64,000 nt of DNA from assembly GCA_964016885.1 (NCBI GenBank), contig OZ024754.1, forward strand, positions 5,332,001-5,396,000. Reading direction: 5' to 3'. Source of the DNA: Eledone cirrhosa. Lineage: Eukaryota. Shown one piece after another: positions 1 through 14,334 of this stretch. Each line of letters starts with the position of its first letter. The stretch's first letter is position 1. The position numbers and the translations under genes were made by a program. Under the pieces are notes generated by a model, which saw only the letters and a list, made by a program, of their open reading frames with translations, searched no databases and was not told the DNA's origin.

Positions 1-32
1 TATATCTATATATCTATCTATCTATCTATATA

Positions 33-410
33 TATTCTTTTTTTCAAATACCACTTTGGAAGAAGAATCAGGATGGAGAGAGAGGTGCTGTACCCCAGCA
101 AGTTTTATGAAAGGTGGGTGAAAGTGGCGAGAATGGCCCGAGTGAATGGGCCTTCTCTCTATATCAGCCTGTAGATTGAGGAAAAGGAGGAGGAGAGGAA
201 AGGAGTACAAGCTCTTCGTACTCCTGGAGATGAGGGTTGCACATTTTTTTCGGGGGTATGTGTTACCCATATAAACTGTCTCCCTCTATTGGGGAAAATC
301 GACTAACTTTTAAATTCCATCTGTGATAACATTTTACACGTTTTTATTGTATGTAAACTTCCCCCTTTGTATTTGTCCCCTTCTTTTGTGCCCCTGTGGC
401 TAATAAAGAA
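33..410 (+). mobile_element. 3' end of Tx1/L1-clade non-LTR retrotransposon (ORF2 C-terminus plus 3' UTR)
   Basis: Manual translation FFKYHFGRRIRMEREVLYPSKFYERWVKVARMARVNGPSLYISL* (stop ~172-174) resembles Tx1-type ORF2 C-termini. UTR ends ccccTGTGGCTAATAAAGAA into (TA)/(TATC)n; related UTR ends at 5.3, 36.9 and 59.9 kb. Confidence 0.6.
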
Positions 411-419
411 ATATATCTA

Positions 420-467
<48 letters not shown>

Positions 468-468
<1 letters not shown>

Positions 469-686
469 GTTATTCCGGGTTGAATCGGAGGTAACCACAG
501 TAAGTAAGGTACTCAATACATTGCAGTGTATAAAAGTTTTAATATAGATGAGATTCTACAGGACTAGAACTGTTTCATTCTTTAGAAATCATCCTTCTTT
601 TTTTTATACATAAAACTCTTTTCGTTTGTTTAGAGATTCCTGATGATTTCTAAAGAATGAAACAGTTCTAGTCCTGTAGAATCTCA

Positions 687-691
<5 letters not shown>
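468..691. mobile_element. Family A HHR-bearing fold-back element in (TA)n (PLE-end-like)
   Basis: Inverted arms ~544-593 / 641-691. Same family at 13203, 44605 and 55597. (TA)n on both sides. Confidence 0.75.
633..685 (+). ncRNA. Type I hammerhead ribozyme, intact core
   Basis: GAGAUUC (stem I) - CUGAUGA - U UUC UAAA GAA U (stem II) - GAAA - CAG UUCUAGUC CUG (stem III) - UA - GAAUCUC (stem I'). GUA cleavage triplet at 676-678; 7-bp perfect stem I. Confidence 0.85.
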
Positions 692-747
<56 letters not shown>

Positions 748-1150
748 GCATATCCAATCATCTATCAACATGCACCACATGAATATGGTTTTTAATATAT
801 ATGTTTTGGTAGCGATTCGAGTAGATATAGATACACAAATAAAAAATACGTTTGCGTGTATTTGTTTTTCTGATTAAATTTTCCTTCTTTTTTTTATACA
901 TAAAACTCTTTTCGTTTGTTTAGTTTCTGCTTTCGTGCAGACACTTCTATATTTGTATGTATTACGTCTAGATTAACATGGACATGTATCTCCACAACTC
1001 TACCTAGAGATCTCTGTCATATATATATGTGGCCGGACACCTTCAATTGAACAGACACGCACATACTCATACATACAGGTACATACCTGTACATACCTGT
1101 ACATACTCATACATACAGGTACATACCTGTACATCGATATATATATATAT

Positions 1151-1187
<37 letters not shown>

Positions 1188-1240
1188 TATACATTTATCC
1201 ATACAAACAAACACACATATACATTCATACATATAAATAT

Positions 1241-1274
<34 letters not shown>

Positions 1275-1298
1275 TAAGTTATGCATGTACATACTACT

Positions 1299-1375
<77 letters not shown>

Positions 1376-1434
1376 TTATATATATACATAAAATATATAT
1401 TTATATATATATATATTTATATATACATATATAT

Positions 1435-1483
<49 letters not shown>

Positions 1484-1555
1484 CATATATGTATATACAT
1501 ACATATATGCACGTCCATATACGCATTTATACATATATCTATACATATATCTATA

Positions 1556-1649
<94 letters not shown>

Positions 1650-1670
1650 TATGTCTGTGTAGGTGTGTAT

Positions 1671-1736
<66 letters not shown>

Positions 1737-2059
1737 TATGCAGACACATAGATTCCTACAGAATTGTCTCGAGCAGAATTATATTTTCCCAACATGATTG
1801 ATTAAGAAATTATTTGATTTCATATATGCTTTGAAAAAAATAAAGAATATATATACATAGATGAAAAAAACCAATGCCATCTCTCGCTGCCAGAACGGTC
1901 AAACATTGAAGCAATCCTCACAGAGTTACATTGTTTGACATCGGTCAGTATGTGGGATAAGAAAATGCAATTAATGGCACCTCCCTCACCATTCCTAATG
2001 TCCATGAATGTAAATATATATGTTTGAGTAGGAAGTTTATAAATACATATATGGAAGGA

Positions 2060-2680
<621 letters not shown>

Positions 2681-3086
2681 GATTTACATATATGTATATA
2701 TATATATAATATATATATATATATAATATATATGTATATTTATATATATAAATGTGTGTGTGTATACATATATATCTATATATGTGTGTGTGTGTGTGTG
2801 TATATGTGTATATATGTGTATATATACATATATATATATATGTATATATAAGAAATGATATGGAACTTGACGGAGAGATACGTTGATTTTTCTGATTACA
2901 GACGTAGGACATGTTGCTTTCGTTGTTCTTGTAAATTGTACCTACACCTTAATAATATATATATATATATATATATAATTATATTATATCATACATATAT
3001 ACACACATATACACACGTATATGTATATATGTGTGTGTGTCTACGTCTGTGCATGCATTCATACATACATAGATATATACATATAT

Positions 3087-3144
<58 letters not shown>

Positions 3145-3163
3145 ATATATATGTATATATATA

Positions 3164-3213
<50 letters not shown>

Positions 3214-3569
3214 AGAGAGAGAGAGAGATAGTTAGTTACATTGCAAAAATAAGTGTTGTCTCTGCATTTCTAATTTTGACATTTCCCCATTTTTCTGTTG
3301 ATATATATGGAAATTAGACACTTTGTGTGTTTGTTTCTGTATGTATCTGTTTGTGAGTGTGTGTGTGTGTATGTGTGAGTGTATGTGCTTGTGCCTGTCT
3401 ATGAATGCGAGTGTGAGTGTGCGTGTGAGTCTGCCTGTTTAGCTTTGTAGATATACACTTGAAAATTGCAGTGACTCACTTTATATCGTCTCACATTTAA
3501 GGTCAGATCCTCTCATGTACTCCAGGCCCCCTTGGACTGTATATTTATATAAATGAATATATATACATA

Positions 3570-3612
<43 letters not shown>

Positions 3613-3688
3613 CATGATCACACACTCGCATATATATACACACATATATATACATATATATATATATACATATATATTTATATAAATA

Positions 3689-3751
<63 letters not shown>

Positions 3752-4849
3752 GTATATATATATATATATTCATATGTATATACATACTTACATTCATACA
3801 TACATACATACATGAATACAAGTATGCTTACATATAAACACACATATATACATATATACATATATACCTATATTTTATGAGCGTTGTGCAATAGGTCACT
3901 TTTTAGGATCAGATTTAGAGGTGATAGTTTAGACAACGAAGGAATACTCTGATGAGAAAATGTCTAAACCTGGATTATATAAATATATAACGTGGATTCT
4001 CGTGAGTGAGAAAAAATTGCCGTTGTTTTGCCCGAGGTCAACCCTGATATTGCAGAGCTATGTATCAAATGCATGCCAGCTTTCAACATCTCTTATTTTT
4101 TCTATATCAATTACTTCAGGATTGAACATAACTCCGTCGATAGTCACAACGATTATTCCGTTTTTCAGACAACGAAACGCCCTGTACGTGACATTAACGT
4201 GTAAAAAAGTGATTAGTTATTCAATAGATATGGGATGTGGTAACGTAATTCTCAGGAAGATTCGATGTGCAGCATCGTCTACAAATTCTGTTCCTCTGAG
4301 AGACAGCCATAGAGTTTCCGTTACCCAAATTTGTCTCATGTGACTTGCTGAACTCAGGACAATGGTCTCTGGCACAAGAAGCTAACCAGTAGGTTAGAAT
4401 CTAAGTCCTTATGAATACGAAACTAACGTGCTGCTCTTTTGGAAACGCTGAGTACATAGCTATGATTATATTGTCAAACGTGTCCTTCCTATTTTCTGAT
4501 GGTATATTGTGATTTGAAGAAGTCATTCTGTTATTTCTAGCAGAACAAGTGACAGGGTAACGATTCTTTAGTTAGTCTAATTGGACACAGCCTTTATTTG
4601 AAAGCATGGATATTTATGAATCTTGTCTTCGCGTAAGAAATTGTGGTAAATTATTAAACACTTTATGATAACAGGAGTGTGATAACAGATGATGTAGGCA
4701 TGATAGCGAAAAATGTTAGGATGTGAGGGCTGTTTATCATGGGTAACTGAATGATTTATTTCATGTGTACTACGGAATAAGAAGTGATGATTCCTGAATG
4801 ACAACCTCATAGAAATGTAGTCAGGAAATTCGCTTCGAAGCCACAGGTG

Positions 4850-5112
4850 TTCTGATCTAGTTCCACGGCATGTGGTTTGAATGTCTCAGGAAAAATCGCT
4901 GGACAGATTTTACAGACAAAACCAACAAGCAGGAGACCCGTGGGTAGATCCCAAAGAAAGATAGTTGGGTAACAACCATGAGCTCGTTTGGTCCAACTAG
5001 GTGATCTAGCTGGATCAATTGGAGATGGTTGTGACAGGACCCTTTCGAAGGAGTGTTTAGAGGACTCTGCCCCCACGACCCTCTCAGGAATAAGTGAGCG
5101 AAGAAAAAAAAA
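4850..5112 (+). mobile_element. Decayed RTE-clade (Expander/Rex3-like) LINE 3' end
   Basis: Frameshifted reading GHVV*MSQEKIAGQILQTKPTSRRPVGRS matches the RTE C-terminal GHVxRM...RPxGRP motif. 3' terminus ctgcccccacgaccctctcaggaataagtgagcgaagaaaa is Expander-like. Confidence 0.6.
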
Positions 5113-5124
5113 TGTAGTGTCACG

Positions 5125-5358
5125 CTAACCCTAGATTGTGTATGGGAGAAGGGTTTGCAATTCTCTGTTTTGAGAGGGGGCTTACGTTTTCATTACTTTG
5201 TTCCTTTTTACTGTTATTGATATTTATTATCATCTATGTATTAATGTGTCTGTTATTTATTTCATGCTTTACTGATGTAAATCCCCATAGATCTTTTTTT
5301 TCGTAACTGGCCTTTGTACTGTCCCAAGCGACTTTGGCCCTTGCGGCCAATAAAAGTT
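5125..5358 (+). mobile_element. Tx1-like 3' UTR fragment
   Basis: T-rich UTR ending ggcccttgcggccAATAAAag into (TTA)n; shares the terminal motif with 33-410. Confidence 0.4.
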
Positions 5359-5413
5359 ATTATTATTAACAATATGATAATAACAATAATTATTATTATC
5401 ATCATCATCATCA

Positions 5414-5453
<40 letters not shown>

Positions 5454-5473
5454 TATTATTATTATTATTATCT

Positions 5474-5508
<35 letters not shown>

Positions 5509-6079
5509 ATATCATGTCATATGTCTGGAAAATAAATCGCTAAAACTCCATATTGTGCTAACGAGTCAACAAAGAGCAGACGAGACGAACGGACCAAACG
5601 TTGTGATTGTGTCAAGTGAAAAAGAATGTCCGTGATGCGTATTCCAAGTAATCTATTATTCCAGTTCGTATTTTCGCTATTTGTTTGTTTGTTGCTTTTT
5701 TCTTCGTGTGCGTTCATCTTTTGTCACCCGACGCCATATTGTGTATATTTTAAACAGCTTCTTTTTGTATTGTTTTGAGGGTTTTTTTCCTTTTATTTGT
5801 GACATAGATATGAGAGAGGAGGGACGTTTATATTAAATATATCTGTAAACAATCCTAGAGAAAAGTGGGGAGGAGGGGGGGTTATCTAAGCGTTAACATC
5901 ATCACCAACAATAACAAAAACAACAAAAATGTAAATAAATGCAACGTATATAAACAAATACAGAAATAAACATTATAAAATATATATACAATATATATAC
6001 ACATACATACCTATATATAACAAAAATATGTATATCTGTCTGTGGGTGTGTATGTATGTATGTATATATAGATGAATGC

Positions 6080-6115
<36 letters not shown>

Positions 6116-6196
6116 ATGTATTTATGTATGATTGTATGTATATATATATGTGTGTGTGTGAATGTGTGTGTATATGAAGGTATTTATGTATGAATG

Positions 6197-6227
<31 letters not shown>

Positions 6228-6468
6228 ATATATGAAGGTATTTATGCATGAATGTATGTATATATATATATGTGTGTGTGTGTGTGTATGTGTATGAAGG
6301 TATTCATGTATGTATGTATATATGTATGTATGTATGTATGTTTCAATGTATGTATGTACGTTTGAAAACGGTCAAGTTACTAGATAGTAATCTAGAGAGG
6401 AAAAACAAAAAACAAATAAATATAATAGCGATCTACTTCTACTAATACTAATACTACTACTAGTAATA

Positions 6469-6542
<74 letters not shown>

Positions 6543-6558
6543 ATTTATATATAGTATA

Positions 6559-6601
<43 letters not shown>

Positions 6602-6704
6602 TTATGTATATATATGTACGTATATATGTATATATATATACATATATATATACATAATTATATATATGTATGTATATATGTATGTATATATATATATGTA
6701 TATA

Positions 6705-6760
<56 letters not shown>

Positions 6761-6871
6761 TGTATACAAAGATATAGAGATGCATATATATATGTAAATA
6801 TATGCACGTATATGCATATATATATATATATACATATATATATACATATATATACATATATATATATATAC

Positions 6872-6967
<96 letters not shown>

Positions 6968-7039
6968 GTAAGGAAACTACTAACAAAAATAAAAATATTA
7001 ATGTCACCACCAACACCATCAACATCATCAACAACAACC

Positions 7040-7071
<32 letters not shown>

Positions 7072-7319
7072 ACTAATAATAATAATGATAACAATAATAA
7101 CCCGATGGCTATTTGTTTAAAAAAAAAAGATGGTGAGTTATCAGGGACGTGTGTAAAGAGACATCAAACGATACTGGCTAATCTGGTATTGCAATCTGTA
7201 AACAGAAGCGATTTATCTTCACACGGGACATGGCTGACATATCGCAGCCCCGAACTGATGAGACTGTGTAATGACAGAGACGGACGGAGGGAGGAAAGGG
7301 GGAGGTTGGATGCAGTGTC

Positions 7320-7354
7320 ATCATCATCATCATCATCATTTATCAGCAGCAGCA

Positions 7355-7392
<38 letters not shown>

Positions 7393-8260
7393 ATCAACAT
7401 CGTCGCCATCACCGTCGTCATCATTTATCAGCAGCAGCGGTGGTATCGTCGTCGTCGCCGCCATCATCATCATCGTCATCATTTATCAGCAGCAGCGGTG
7501 ACATCGTCGTCGTCGCCATCATCATCATCGTCATCATTTATCAGCAGCAGCGGTGGTATCGTCGTCGTCGCCGCCATCATCATCGTCATCATTTATCAGC
7601 AGCAGCGGTGGTATCGTCGTCGTCGCCGCCATCATCATCATCGTCATCATTTATCAGCAGCAGCGGTGGTATCGTCGTCGTCGCCGCCATCATCATCATC
7701 GTCATCATTTATCAGCAGCAGCGGTGGTATCGTCGTCGTCGTCGCCATCATCATCATCGTCATCATTTATCAGCAGCAGCGGTGGTATCGTCGTCGTCGC
7801 CGCCATCATCATCATCGTCATCATTTATCAGCAGCAGCGGTGACATCGTCGTCGTCGCCATCATCATCATCGTCATCATTTATCAGCAGCAGCGGTGGTA
7901 TCGTCGTCGTCGCCGCCATCATCATCGTCATCATTTATCAGCAGCAGCGGTGGTATCGTCGTCGTCGCCGCCATCATCATCATCGTCATCATTTATCAGC
8001 AGCAGCGGTGGTATCGTCGTCGTCGCCGCCATCATCATCATCGTCATCATTTATCAGCAGCAGCGGTGGTATCGTCGTCGTCGCCGCCATCATCATCATC
8101 GTCATCATTTATCAGCAGCAGCGGTGGTATCGTCGTCGTCGTCGCCATCATCATCATCGTCATCATTTATCAGCAGCAGCGGTGGTATCGTCGTCGTCGC
8201 CGCCATCATCATCGTCGTCATCATTTATCAGCAGCAGCGGTGACATCGTCGTCGTCGTCA
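7320..8260 (+). repeat. 55-58-bp minisatellite built from CAT/CAG/CGT triplets, with a 342-bp higher-order period
   Basis: Unit TCATTTATCAGCAGCAGCGGTGGTATCGTCGTCGTCGCCGCCATCATCATCATCGTCA, ~16 copies. Variant GGTGACATCG at ~7497, ~7839 and ~8240. Confidence 0.9.
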
Positions 8261-8418
8261 TCATCATCATCATCATCATTATTATCATCATCATCATCAT
8301 CATCGCCGTCATCATAGGCATCATCATCATCATCATCATCGTCGTTGTAGCTATCATCATCCTCATCATCATTATTATCATTGTCGTTGTCATCATCATC
8401 ATCATCATCATCGCCATT

Positions 8419-8450
<32 letters not shown>

Positions 8451-8937
8451 TATTATCATCGCCGTTGTCATCGTCATGGTCGTCATCATCATCGTTGTCA
8501 TCATCATCAGCAGTAGCAGCAGCAGCAGTAGCAGAAGCAATATTATATCATCATCATCATCATCATCATCATCATCGTGGCCATTGTCATGATCATCTTC
8601 ATCATCGTTATCACCATCATCATCATCATCATCATCATCAACATCTTCTTCACCTGCATCGTCGTCGTCATCAGCAACATCTTTATTGTCAGCATCACTG
8701 TCATCACACATCATCATCATCGTCATCATCAGCAACATCTTTATTGTCAGCAGCAGCAGCATCATCATCATCATTATCGCCGCCATCATTGTTTTCCTCT
8801 TCGTCGTAGTGATAGACATCGTCATAACCATCATAATCATAATCATCATCATCATCATCATCGTCAACTTTACCATCATCATTTTCAACGTCATCATTTC
8901 CATCGTCCTCGTTGTCTTGGTTATTTTCATCATTCTT

Positions 8938-8968
<31 letters not shown>

Positions 8969-9180
8969 GTGTCTTAATCATCATTGTTATCTTTATCGAC
9001 GTCATCACCATCGTCATCATCATCATCATCACCATCACCATCATCATCATCATCACCATCATCACCATCATCATCATCACCATCACCATCATCACCATCA
9101 CCATCACCACCATCATCACCATCATCACCATCACCATCACAATTATCATTTTGAACATCGTCATCGTCATTTTGTGCCAA

Positions 9181-9234
<54 letters not shown>

Positions 9235-9303
9235 CAGCAGCATCAGTATTAGTAGTAGTAGTAGCAGTAGTAGCAGAGCAGCAGCAGTAGCAGTAGTACT
9301 AGC

Positions 9304-9362
<59 letters not shown>

Positions 9363-9410
9363 CGGAAGTAGTAGTAGTAGTAGTAGTAGTAGCAGTAGTA
9401 GCAGAGCAGC

Positions 9411-9445
<35 letters not shown>

Positions 9446-9596
9446 CAGCAGCAACAGCAGCAGCAGTAGTAGTAGTAGCAGCAGCAGTAGTAGCAGCAGT
9501 AGCACCAGCAGCACTAGTAGTAGTAGCATTAGTAGTAGTAGTAGTAGCAACAGTAGCAGTAGTAGTAGTAGGATCAGTAGTAACAGCAGTAGGAGC

Positions 9597-9641
<45 letters not shown>

Positions 9642-9650
9642 GGCTGTAGT
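8260..9650. repeat. Compound trinucleotide tract (ATC/ACC)n then (TAG/CAG)n
   Basis: Direct reading. Confidence 0.95.
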
Positions 9651-10106
9651 AGATATTACTGTTATTGTTGTTAATATTAGTTATATTATTAAACTTTTTT
9701 TTTCTTGACATCCAGTTATATTCGTCACTTTGTTCATAGTGTCTGAATGGTTTGGGCCTTTCGGTTTTTGTTGTTATCACTTAGCCCCTTTATCTGGGGT
9801 TTTCATCAATCTATGCTTGCTTTTGTTCCCTCTGCATATATTTACTTTCCAAAGCTAGAGCAGCACGTCTATCAACGTGTGTACAACTTTGCATTCGTCG
9901 CATTAACTGGCTTGCTCATTCACCGTTCACACATACATGCATGGAAACTTTCTATGTGTATATAAAAATGTATACATATATATGTATGTATGTATGTATG
10001 TTATTTCTTTCTCTTAATTTCAAGTATATTTTTTTGACCGGCCACCTTCCTGGTGGCAAGGTTGTAAAAGAAAAGAAATTGTCATCCCTTGAATCGCAAG
10101 AATATT

Positions 10107-10840
<734 letters not shown>

Positions 10841-10870
10841 TAACAACAACAATAATAATAATAATAATAA

Positions 10871-12400
10871 TCTTGATCGGGGGAATGTGATAAGAGAACT
10901 TGATCAAGAGGAAACTTACAAATATTTAGGTGTTTGTGAAGGAGACGGAATCAAGCACTCGACAATTAAGGTAAGGATAAGGAAGGAATGTTACAGTAGA
11001 GTAAGAGCATTCTTAAGAACTGAATTGAATACAAGGAATAGGATCGATGCCATAAACACTCTTGCCATACCAGTAGTAACCTACAGTTACAATGTCATCA
11101 ACTGGTCAAGGACAGAGATCCGTAGGCTCGTTACAAAAATTAGAAAATTCTTAACCATGCACTGAATGCATCACCCTAAGGCAGATACAGACAGAATATA
11201 TCTCCCTAGGAAAGAAGGAGGACGTGGGTTAATCCAGTTAGACATTGCGTTGAAAACTGCAACAATTGGATTATCTACATATCTAAGGGAAACACATGAT
11301 TGGATAATCAAACTCGTTTTGAAACACAAAAGCATCAAAAGATCATACTCCATTACAAAAGATGCACAAAGATACAGTAATGGACTACAAATTTCAGAAG
11401 TTCCATTTACTGCTGAAATGAAAAGCACAGAAAAAGCAAAGCAGGTAAAAGTAACTGCCAAGAAAGAACTGCTACAGAAACTGGGTGAGAAATGGAAAGA
11501 AAAGCCTCTGTATGGAAAATACCCAGAAACAGCTAACAATCCTGATGTTGACAAAACTTTAACCCATCAGTGGTTGGAATCCTCTGGACTGAAATAGAAA
11601 ATTGAAGGACTGATTATATCAGCACAAGATCAGTATCTGCCAACAAAAGATTACCAAGCCAACATAATACAAAATGGATGCAACCCATTATGCTGTGTAT
11701 CTAAAAAAACAACCAGAGACCATTGATCATATAATTTCAATGTGCAGTCCTATAGTTCCAACCGAATACCTAAATAGGCACGACAGAGCTGCACAATACA
11801 TACATTGGATAATGTGTAAGCATTTTGACCAGCCCCATCAAAATAATTGGTTGGAGCATCAACCACCTCCCGTACTTGAAAAAGATCACATCTCAATCTT
11901 GTGGAACTTTAGCATCCAAACAGACCGAAAAATAGATGCATATAGACCTGATATAATAATGAAGGACTTTAAAAAGAGGGTATGCCTGCTAATTGATATG
12001 TCCGTTCCAATAGACAAGAATGTATCTATAAAAATATTTGAAAAATTGAGCAAGTATAAGGACCTGGAGATAGAAATTGGAAAAATGTGGAAATTGAGAA
12101 CTAAAACAATACCAGTGGTTGTAGGCGCTCTAGGAATGATACCTAAGTGATCTAATGATTACTTATCACAAAACCTAGCAAACCCGCGTATAGGAGAAAT
12201 ACAAAAGATAGTACTAATGGGAACTGCCCATATACTAAGGAAGATTCTGTCAATATAATTACATCACAAGTCTAAACACCTAAAGATGTGTGTGTATGTA
12301 TGTTCTTTCTTGAATATGGCGGACCTTGTTGTCTCTTGAGGTCACTGGTTGTGACTTGGTGATAACTCGTATGAACATAAAGCAATATAAATGCAACTGT
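10871..12400 (+). mobile_element. Second, different R4/Dong-clade element, pseudogenised (RT C-terminus, CCHC finger, RLE)
   Basis: Motifs YKYLG; HPKADTDRIYLPRKEGGRGL; ETIDHIISMC...RHD; RPDII...DMSVP...EK..KYKDL. In-frame stops at ~11163, ~11595, ~12148 and a frameshift at ~11700. Natural stop 12256-12258; ends in (TAA)n. Confidence 0.92.
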
Positions 12401-12415
12401 AATAATAATAATAAT

Positions 12416-12596
12416 AATTGTTTCTACCTTTGGCACAAGGCCAACAATTACCCAGTGCATTACTGGTACTTTATTTTATCGACCCCGTAAGGATTAAAGG
12501 CAAAGTTAACCTCGGCGGGATTTGAACTCAGAATGGAAAGGGCCGTAGCGCTTTGCTAGAAAGAATAGTGCCCGACCCTCTATCGATACTGCCAAT
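12416..12596 (-). mobile_element. tRNA-derived SINE, young family
   Basis: A-box-like TGGCAGTATCG, B-box GAGTTCAAATCC, conserved core GCCTTT(C)ATCCTTACGGGGTCGATAAAATAAAGTACC, (ATT)n tail. Confidence 0.9.
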
Positions 12597-12650
12597 AATA
12601 ATAATGAAATGATTGTGTACAGTGCTCAGGTGCACTACAACAGTAAGGTA
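12597..12650 (-). mobile_element. CR1-type LINE 3' tip
   Basis: aataatgaaatgattgtgtacagtgctcaggtgcactacaac matches the 3' end of the CR1 fragment at ~48855-48897. Confidence 0.7.
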
Positions 12651-13202
12651 CAAAAGTAACATGTCTCTTGTTTTTTTGTCTATTAACATGAAAGTGATAT
12701 ACATTCGGGACCGGATTAAATGGGGTGGATGGGTAAAGGAGGTTATTACCAAGGGCTGCCCTGCAGTAGGACCCCTACCAGTTACAGCCGTAGCAATTTA
12801 TTTGTGCCCTGAGCTGGGCTCTTTTAGTTTAGGATGGTTAGACCCCTTACGGGGTCGATAAGGGAAAGTACCAGTAAGTATTGTCATTATGGTCATTGTT
12901 ATCATCGTCATCAACATTATCATCAATATAATCCTTCTCATCAACATCATCATCACCGACGTCATTATCATCATCATCACCGACTTCATTATCATCATCA
13001 TCATCAAGATCTTCATCATCACTATTATATGTGAAGGCTTCACTTGCACGAAAAAGTAGCTCTTTAGAAAATGCGTTAGATAAAGTTTCTAAAGTCTACA
13101 TTACGTATTAACCAAATATAAATTAAAAACAGATGCGCCCACACACACACACACACAACACACACATATATACATATATATATATATAAATTTTTTTTTT
13201 AT

Positions 13203-13406
13203 ATAGATGAGATTCTACAGGACTAGAACTGTTTCATTCTTTAGAAATCATCATGAATCCTGATGATTTCCAGGATTCCTGATGATTTCTAAAGAATTAA
13301 ACAGTTCTAGTCCTGTAGAATCTCATCTATATTAAAACTTTTATACATTGCTATGTATTGGGTACCTTACTTACTGTGGTTACCTCCGATTCAACCCGGA
13401 ATAACG
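13203..13406. mobile_element. Family A fold-back element with two mutated HHR copies
   Basis: Minus copy ~13209-13260 has C3>A (AUGAUGA); plus copy ~13273-13324 has G12>U (UAAAC). Tail ends cggaataacg|(TA)n. Confidence 0.8.
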
Positions 13407-13430
13407 TATATATATATATATATATATATA

Positions 13431-13563
13431 GTTTTGCGAGGTTTTTTATATGAAATCGTGTGTCGAAACAAATATTGTTATACTTGGGGAGGGTCATATT
13501 TGTGTAATATTGCCAGAATTAATAACAGAACACACTCACACAAATATGACCCTCCCCAAGTAT

Positions 13564-13571
<8 letters not shown>
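13431..13571. mobile_element. Family C (TA)n island with 34-bp perfect inverted repeat
   Basis: Arms 13472-13505 / 13538-13571. Relatives at 40741-40850 and 62355-62470. Confidence 0.65.
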
Positions 13572-13646
<75 letters not shown>

Positions 13647-13962
13647 CATTTAAAGAGAGATAGAAATAAACATATGTCTATGTGTTTTAGTATGTAGAAA
13701 TATATATATATATGTATGTATATATACGTATATATATAAATCCATGTAGACAAATATACATACATATAGAAATATTCAATGATGATGTAATAGAAACATT
13801 TCAAGAAGTAATTAAATTAAAATAGTTATCGTGACAAGAATCTGGAGTTATCAACTTCTAGAGTGGCTTGTTTCGGGGCTAACGATAAACACATATTATG
13901 TTGATGTATGTATAATTTCTAAAGAGATAACGCCAACAGATGTATGTATATGTATATATATT

Positions 13963-13997
<35 letters not shown>

Positions 13998-13998
13998 G

Positions 13999-14078
<80 letters not shown>

Positions 14079-14227
14079 TTATATTATATATATATATATT
14101 ATATCTGATATGTATATATTATATATATGTATATATCTATATCTATTTATATATATATAAATTATATATATATATATATTTATATTTATACGTATATTAA
14201 TATAATTTACTTACATTTATATGTATA

Positions 14228-14269
<42 letters not shown>

Positions 14270-14289
14270 CATATATATATATATATATT

Positions 14290-14334
<45 letters not shown>

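Noticed and set aside
3949-3980. CTGATGA motif (similar hits at 7255, 25721, 34196, 35942, 42331)
   Set aside because: No correctly placed GAAA, stem II or stem I pairing; chance 7-mers.
7320-8260. CRISPR-like periodicity (also at 57.8 kb and 30.8 kb)
   Set aside because: No unique spacers, no cas genes, eukaryotic context.
6802-8592. 596-aa ORF with repeated [15 protein letters not shown]
   Set aside because: It starts in (TA)n and cycles through all three frames of a minisatellite. No evidence of coding constraint.
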